A stretch of DNA of 64,000 nt, taken from the NCBI GenBank assembly GCA_047602425.1, contig JASGHG010000001.1:1824001-1888000 (forward strand), in the 5' to 3' direction. Shown here piece after piece: positions 59,174 to 64,000 of this stretch. The stretch comes from Nibricoccus sp. (lineage in GTDB: Bacteria > Verrucomicrobiota > Verrucomicrobiia > Opitutales > Opitutaceae). Under the pieces are notes generated by a model. That model saw only the letters and a list, made by a program, of their open reading frames with translations. It was not told the DNA's origin and ran no database searches. The stretch's first letter is position 1. Every line of letters starts with the position of its first letter. A program made the position numbers and the translations under genes.

Positions 59174-59302
59174 AACATTTTACTATCACCAATACTTTCC
59201 TTCCCTCCGGCTTCGGGCAATCCCTGCTTCGCCCAATCACACCTTCTTTTGTCTTTTCTGTTTTTTGTGTCCTTTGTGTTTTTTACCGCCAATCTCTCCT
59301 GC

Positions 59303-59470
59303 ATGAAACGACTCCCCGGCGTCCTCCTCTTCCTCATCCTCGTTCTCGTCCTCCTCCAGATCCTCACCATGCGCGTGCTGAGCAGCACCGGGAAACGCGT
59401 CACTATTCTTGAGAAGAAAGTGGAATCCCTACAGCCCGCTGTACAGCAGCCGGCTGCTCCCGCCAAATAG
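59303..59470 (+). CDS. Small single-TM protein (55 aa)
   Basis: MKRLPGVLLFLILVLVLLQILTMRVLSS... followed by a short coiled-coil-like stretch. Confidence 0.55.
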   Translation: MKRLPGVLLFLILVLVLLQILTMRVLSSTGKRVTILEKKVESLQPAVQQPAAPAK

Positions 59471-59585
59471 CGCAGCAAATCCCGCTAGCGTTGGCGCCGC
59501 GTCACTATTTCCAAACAATCTAACGCGTCCGCGCCGCTAAAGAATCTCCTCCCACTTCCCTTTCTAACTGTTTCGCGAATAAAAT

Positions 59586-59625
59586 AATAAAGGCGGGCGC
59601 GTTTTACGGCGCCCGCCTTTTGTTT
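59586..59625. terminator. Bidirectional Rho-independent terminator
   Basis: AAAGGCGGGCGC-GTTTTACG-GCGCCCGCCTTT flanked by A-rich and T-rich tracts. Confidence 0.8.
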
Positions 59626-59765
59626 CACCCTCAGCTAGACCAAAAACCAAACGTGCTTGGCTTCTTGCCAACCCGCCAAATCGGGAGGCCAGAGGCCGGT
59701 CCAACCGGCTTGCCAGCGGTTATGTCAAGAAACGCACCGAAATGCGCCAGCGAGCTACTCGCTAT
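59586..59765 (-). ncRNA. Candidate structured non-coding RNA
   Basis: Several nested stems that end in a terminator, with an AT-rich upstream region and no convincing ORF. Confidence 0.4.
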
Positions 59766-60030
59766 ATATGTTTTAAGGAAAATCCTCCCGGCGTTACGGA
59801 CTTTCTGCATTTTTCTAAAAAAAAGTTTGTTTATTCGATCGGCCCATCCCGCAAAACCCTCGGTCGACCCGCGCTCGGAATGCAAATTTACCACATTATG
59901 CATTTATAATTAATGACTTAAGTAAAATTTATCCCGCTCGCCATCTTTTCTTCGGCATACTGCCTAAAAGGGTCAATTACCCCTCGCATTGACAATCCAG
60001 TTCGCGAAAGACCTCATCACCCACCTCTCC

Positions 60031-61434
60031 ATGTCGTCCTACGTCGCCGAGATATCGACTTTGCTGCCCTGGTTTTTGCCCACCGCGGCTTTCATTTTCG
60101 GCGCGATGATCGGCAGTTTCCTCAATGTCGTCATCTACCGGGTTCCGGCTAACAAATCCATCGTGTACCCCGGTTCGCATTGCGCCTGTGGCGCCCCGAT
60201 CGCTTGGTACGACAATATCCCGATCGTCAGCTGGTTCATCCTCCGCGGACGAGCTCGCTGCTGCGGACGAGCCTACTCGTTTCGTTACCCGTTCATTGAA
60301 TTGCTGACCGGTTTATTATTCCTGTGGTGCTGGTTGCGGTTCGCGCCCGAGGCTCCCACCAAAGCCCTGTGCGGGATGGCGTTCATCTCGGTTCTTATCT
60401 GCGCGACCTTCATCGACCTGGACCACATGATCATTCCCGATGTATTTACCGTCTGGTTCGGGTTGGTTGGTCTGGTGCTTTCCGCGGCCGCCCCCGCCTT
60501 GCATGGTCAGATGACAGGCAACTTCACCAACGACCTCGTGCACAGCCTGACCATTTCCGCCAAGGGACTATTTATCGGTTCCGCACTGGTGCTTTGGATT
60601 GCGTTTCTTGCCGAACACATCCTGCGCAAAGAGGCCATGGGGTTTGGCGATGTTAAATTTGTCGGTATGATCGGAGCGTTCTGCGGCTGGCAGGGCGCGG
60701 TTTGTTCGATCTTTGGCGGCGCCGTTGTCGGTACCGTCTGGTTTATATTCGCGCTGATCTGGCAGAAGATCTCAGGCCGTTCCCAGGCGATCCAAACCCG
60801 CCCCCCCGAACCAACAGCCGGCGAAGAAGCGCCGCCCGTCGACGAGTCCCAACCGTTCAATTACCTCAATGCCGCCGCGCTTGCCGCCGGTGTGCTGGGC
60901 GTGTTCGTCGCTTTCGTGCGCCCCGCTTTTCTTCCGAGCACCGACGCTCCTTTTCTTTTCGAATCCCTGCAATCGGTCACGACCGCGCTCACAGGACTTC
61001 TCGTCGGTTCCGGCGCGGTCCTCAGCGTGGGACTTCTCGTCGAAACGCCATTTAAAAAAGACTGGCTGCCTTCGCATGCGGTCACCTTTGTCGGCGCCAT
61101 CGGCGCTTTCAGCCGCTGGCACGAGGGCTGGTTGGCTTTGGTGTGGGGCACGTTGTCCGCCACTATCGTGACTGCACTCATCTTCGGGGTGCTCAAAGCG
61201 TTCGCAAAAATTAAAAACCAGTCCGAAGCGACAAACCAGCAGGCCCACGCACCGGCCGAGCCGCTCTCCGAAAACGATATCGACAAGGCCCCGGCTCCGC
61301 TCGGTTTCGGTATGCACGTGCCGTTTGGCCCGATGCTGGCCATCGGCGCGTTGCTCTACTTCCTCGCGGCCGACCGCTGGATCGACAGTTACTTTGCTCA
61401 GTTCTCCGAAATCATTGCCCAAGGCCCGCTCTGA
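60031..61434 (+). CDS. pilD: Prepilin peptidase (A24) with an internally duplicated membrane module
   Basis: GSFLNVVIYRVP, SHCACG, WYDNIP, RYPFIE, IDLDHMIIPD, MGFGDVK, VPFGPML. Confidence 0.9.
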   Translation: MSSYVAEISTLLPWFLPTAAFIFGAMIGSFLNVVIYRVPANKSIVYPGSHCACGAPIAWYDNIPIVSWFILRGRARCCGRAYSFRYPFIELLTGLLFLWCWLRFAPEAPTKALCGMAFISVLICATFIDLDHMIIPDVFTVWFGLVGLVLSAAAPALHGQMTGNFTNDLVHSLTISAKGLFIGSALVLWIAFLAEHILRKEAMGFGDVKFVGMIGAFCGWQGAVCSIFGGAVVGTVWFIFALIWQKISGRSQAIQTRPPEPTAGEEAPPVDESQPFNYLNAAALAAGVLGVFVAFVRPAFLPSTDAPFLFESLQSVTTALTGLLVGSGAVLSVGLLVETPFKKDWLPSHAVTFVGAIGAFSRWHEGWLALVWGTLSATIVTALIFGVLKAFAKIKNQSEATNQQAHAPAEPLSENDIDKAPAPLGFGMHVPFGPMLAIGALLYFLAADRWIDSYFAQFSEIIAQGPL

Positions 61435-61465
61435 TTTCTCCGCGGTTTTTTTCGATCTGTTCAGC

Positions 61466-61493
61466 AAAAAGGCGCGCCGGTGAAGACGCGCCC
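61466..61493 (-). terminator. Possible terminator after galK
   Basis: AAAAAGGCGCG-CCGGTGAAGA-CGCGCC. Confidence 0.4.
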
Positions 61494-61516
61494 GATGAAA
61501 TAAATATCGATTCTAT

Positions 61517-62656
61517 TTACACGTACTCCGCGCCTGGCCCCGTCTTGAGATGCAGGGTATTGGGTGCTGCGCCAAATTTTGTTTTGTAGGCAGCAGCCAC
61601 GCGATCGGCATCCGCCTGCGCAAACGAACCATTCGTCATCGCCATGACCGCGCCGCCAAAGCCGCCGCCCGTGAGCCGGGCGCCGAAGACGTTTTTAGCA
61701 GTCGACAGAGTGTCGACGAGAAAATCGAGTTCCGGCGTGCTGTTTTCAAACTGCGTCTGCGAACTGCGGTGCGACGCCGTGAGCAATTTGCCCGTGGTCG
61801 CAAGGTCCGCTTTCGCCAGGGCCGCCCGCACCTGCGCTACTCGGTCGATTTCCTCGATCACGTGTTTCGCGCGTTTGAACGCCGTGGCATCCAGCTTTCC
61901 TTTGGCGGCTTCGAGCTTTGGCAGCGTCGCATCAACGAGCAGCGGAACACCAAGCACTTTCGCCGCCTCCATGCATTCCCGATGCCGCGCCGCGTAGAGC
62001 CCATCGACCAACGCATGCTTTGTGTGCGTGTTGAAAACCCAGAAATGTGCGTCCGCCGGCAACGGCACCGTCTCGAACACCGGCCCGCGACAATCGATAA
62101 AAACAAGATGATCCTTCTGACCGAAGCCCGAGACTCCCTGGTCAAGAATGCCGCAAGGCACGCCCACGAATTCGTTCTCCGCTTTTTTCGCCAACTTCAC
62201 GATTGTCTCTCGCGATGGTTTTTCACTCGTCAACGCAGTAAATGCGAGCGCCGACGCCAGTTCGATCGCCGCACTGCTGCTCATGCCCGCGCCCGAAGGC
62301 AAATCGGACGCATCGAGAAATTGAAAGCCGCCCGGCCGCTTCAGACCGAATGCCGGAAGATGAGTCCAAACGCCGAGCGGATAGTTCACCCAATTGAGTT
62401 CGCCCGTCTGCTTCGCCGCACGCGTCAGATCGATCTTAACCATCTTCTTGGAGTAACCGCTGTAGAATGACGCTTCATTGCCCGGCACCGCGCGCGCCGC
62501 AACCCAGATGCCGCGATCGATTGCCGCGCCCAACACCGTGCCACCATTGTAGTCGGTGTGATTTCCGATGAATTCGATGCGTCCCGGAGCCCGGGCGACA
62601 ACATCCGGCGCGGAGCCGAAGACTTCTTTAAATTGAGCGACGATTTTATCCTTCAT
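61517..62656 (-). CDS. galK: Galactokinase
   Basis: APGRIEFIGNHTDYNGG, PSGAGMSSSAA, GVPCGILDQ, GARLTGGGFGG. Confidence 0.9.
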   Translation of the reverse strand: MKDKIVAQFKEVFGSAPDVVARAPGRIEFIGNHTDYNGGTVLGAAIDRGIWVAARAVPGNEASFYSGYSKKMVKIDLTRAAKQTGELNWVNYPLGVWTHLPAFGLKRPGGFQFLDASDLPSGAGMSSSAAIELASALAFTALTSEKPSRETIVKLAKKAENEFVGVPCGILDQGVSGFGQKDHLVFIDCRGPVFETVPLPADAHFWVFNTHTKHALVDGLYAARHRECMEAAKVLGVPLLVDATLPKLEAAKGKLDATAFKRAKHVIEEIDRVAQVRAALAKADLATTGKLLTASHRSSQTQFENSTPELDFLVDTLSTAKNVFGARLTGGGFGGAVMAMTNGSFAQADADRVAAAYKTKFGAAPNTLHLKTGPGAEYV

Positions 62657-63543
62657 ATGGAAACGACGATGTTGGCTGCCCCTTCGGGCGAAAAGCTCAA
62701 CAAACGCCTTCCAGTCACTCCGGGCAAGGAAATCATCGCCATCCCAACAAATCCCTCGCCGGTTCCCACCACCGAACGCAATTCACCGCACTTCTTGCCA
62801 TCGGCAAAAATCTCCGCGGGTAAATCCACCGGAACGACACCTGTCCCAGCGACACGCACCAGCCTCCGCCGAACCTGCCCCATGCTCTTTAACCGAGCCA
62901 TCACTTCCTGGCCCAAATAACAGCCTTTCGTGTACGAAATTGCATCGCGCTCCAAAGCACCCTCGTTTGGCAAATCCCCCTGGCCGATATCGCGTGGCAC
63001 CGCTGGAATCGCCGCTTCGATCCGCAACCGCTCCAAATCGCCAGCCCCGATTTCCGCGGCTCCGTGGGCCCGCAGAAAATCGACCGCGTTGTCTCCACTA
63101 ATTCGATACAACCATTCGAAGCTCGTCGCCCCCGTCCGCCGCCCGGCTTCAAAAACAAATCCCCCGCAAGCCTTCGCCCATGCCTCGGCCTGCGGTCCAC
63201 TGGCCCCGAGTACACATATGCCCGCCCAGTCGTTCGTGACATTCTCCACGGTCACATCGTCAGCTATGATAAAGCCTTCCAAATGCTTACGTAAATCCTC
63301 CGCCGGAGAAAAGAGACTCACACACCACCATTCTGAACCCCGCAACAACAGAAAGCTGTCCGCTTGAACCTTCCCTTTATGATTAAGCCACAAGCCGTAA
63401 GCAACCTCGCCCTCTTCGACACAAGGTCGCAGATCCTGCGTAAATTGCCCTTGAAGAAAGGAAAACGCATCTTCACCCGTAACCTTTAATACCGCCGCTG
63501 GCCGGTATGAACTAAAGATCACTGAAGTTGTCGGGATTTCCAT
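62653..63543 (-). CDS. ygfZ: Folate-binding protein YgfZ/GcvT-like
   Basis: GEDAFSFLQGQFT and the signature KGCYLGQE. Confidence 0.9.
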   Translation of the reverse strand: MEIPTTSVIFSSYRPAAVLKVTGEDAFSFLQGQFTQDLRPCVEEGEVAYGLWLNHKGKVQADSFLLLRGSEWWCVSLFSPAEDLRKHLEGFIIADDVTVENVTNDWAGICVLGASGPQAEAWAKACGGFVFEAGRRTGATSFEWLYRISGDNAVDFLRAHGAAEIGAGDLERLRIEAAIPAVPRDIGQGDLPNEGALERDAISYTKGCYLGQEVMARLKSMGQVRRRLVRVAGTGVVPVDLPAEIFADGKKCGELRSVVGTGEGFVGMAMISLPGVTGRRLLSFSPEGAANIVVSI

Positions 63544-63624
63544 GCGCTTTATCTTATTCCAAACGTCGAATTTGCAAATCTACCCACAAAAACGGCAAAA
63601 GATTTTGTTGACGAATGCCCGCTC

Positions 63625-63687
63625 ATGCGTTCTGTTTTCCTCATTAGATTTTCCTTCTTCTCCCGCCTAGCGGGAGTTTTGGGGTAA
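63625..63687 (+). CDS. Putative Phe-rich leader peptide
   Basis: MRSVFLIRFSFFSRLAGVLG*: 4 Phe in codons 5-12, directly before a terminator and the DAHP synthase. Confidence 0.55.
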   Translation: MRSVFLIRFSFFSRLAGVLG

Positions 63688-63700
63688 CTAAGAAAGCAAA

Positions 63701-63741
63701 TGGCCGGTCGCTTAGGGGTAGGCGACCGGCCAACTTTTTTT
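63701..63741 (+). terminator. Attenuator terminator in the DAHP synthase leader
   Basis: TGGCCGGTCGCTTA-GGGG-TAGGCGACCGGCCA-AC-T7, about 70 nt before the start codon. Confidence 0.75.
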
Positions 63742-63810
63742 CCCGAATTGGGATTCAAGTCACGCTCAGACTTGCAACACACGACAGGACAAGCACGGTC
63801 AGTCCCCTCC

Positions 63811-64000
63811 ATGCAGAAAACGTCCGACATCCACGTCGCAGAGACCAAAGCACTTCCTTCGCCCACGAAACTTGTGGCCGAACTGCCCAAGACCGAACCT
63901 CAGGCCGCCTTCATCGCCCACGCTCGCGAGGAAATTCACCGCCTCATTTTCACCGACGACAAACGCTTCCTCCTCGTCGTGGGCCCTTGTTCCATTCACG
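63811..64000 (+). CDS. 3-deoxy-7-phosphoheptulonate (DAHP) synthase, class I AroF/G/H type (5' part)
   Basis: Own translation MQKTSDIHVAETKALPSP...DDKRFLLVVGPCSIH; not in the ORF track because it is open at the edge. Confidence 0.9.
   Translation, partial: MQKTSDIHVAETKALPSPTKLVAELPKTEPQAAFIAHAREEIHRLIFTDDKRFLLVVGPCSIH

Noticed and set aside
59631..59903. 90-aa minus-strand ORF as a protein-coding gene
   Set aside because: Atypical composition and codon use, and it spans AT-rich promoter-like DNA. The region is better explained by RNA structure, although a short peptide is not excluded.
1..64000. tRNA, rRNA, prophage or defense-system genes
   Set aside because: No cloverleaf with T-loop/CCA, rRNA signature, integrase, phage structural gene or known defense motif was recognized by eye.

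Overview
GC-rich bacterial chromosomal window. Gene content (paralogous CarboxypepD_reg-type TonB receptors without SusD partners, DUF3300, a GldA/F/G-DUF4340-AsmA operon, repeated 'LxAAGFP...LTPEELxxYxLRxS' membrane-anchored proteins, SD-poor C/A-rich leaders) suggests Verrucomicrobiota, probably Opitutaceae; this is inference, not a database result. About 50 CDS are supportable. They include a dispersed plant-polysaccharide set (PL10, a probable second partial pectate lyase, GH28, GH43+ricin, GH9, DUF3826, IclR regulator, three TonB receptors of which one has a +1 frameshift, a GPH sugar transporter, galK, and a GHMP-kinase/UDP-sugar-pyrophosphorylase fusion). Housekeeping genes are nadC-birA-coaX, dusB, ygfZ, pilD and the start of a class I DAHP synthase. 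No rRNA, tRNA, CRISPR array or transposase was seen. The most notable signals are: (1) two inverted copies of a 152/169 bp MITE-like element with TA termini that carries GTAG-type REP hairpins; (2) a dispersed 21-bp palindrome family TGTCA-N9-TGACA (4 intergenic copies); (3) a highly structured, terminator-ended ncRNA candidate at about 59.59-59.76 kb (minus strand); (4) a Phe-rich leader-peptide attenuator before the DAHP synthase; (5) tandem orphan paralogs sharing a conserved 32-bp upstream motif; (6) a 35-bp-armed CACAGAG inverted repeat inside the birA-coaX operon. All family assignments come from motif recognition by eye.
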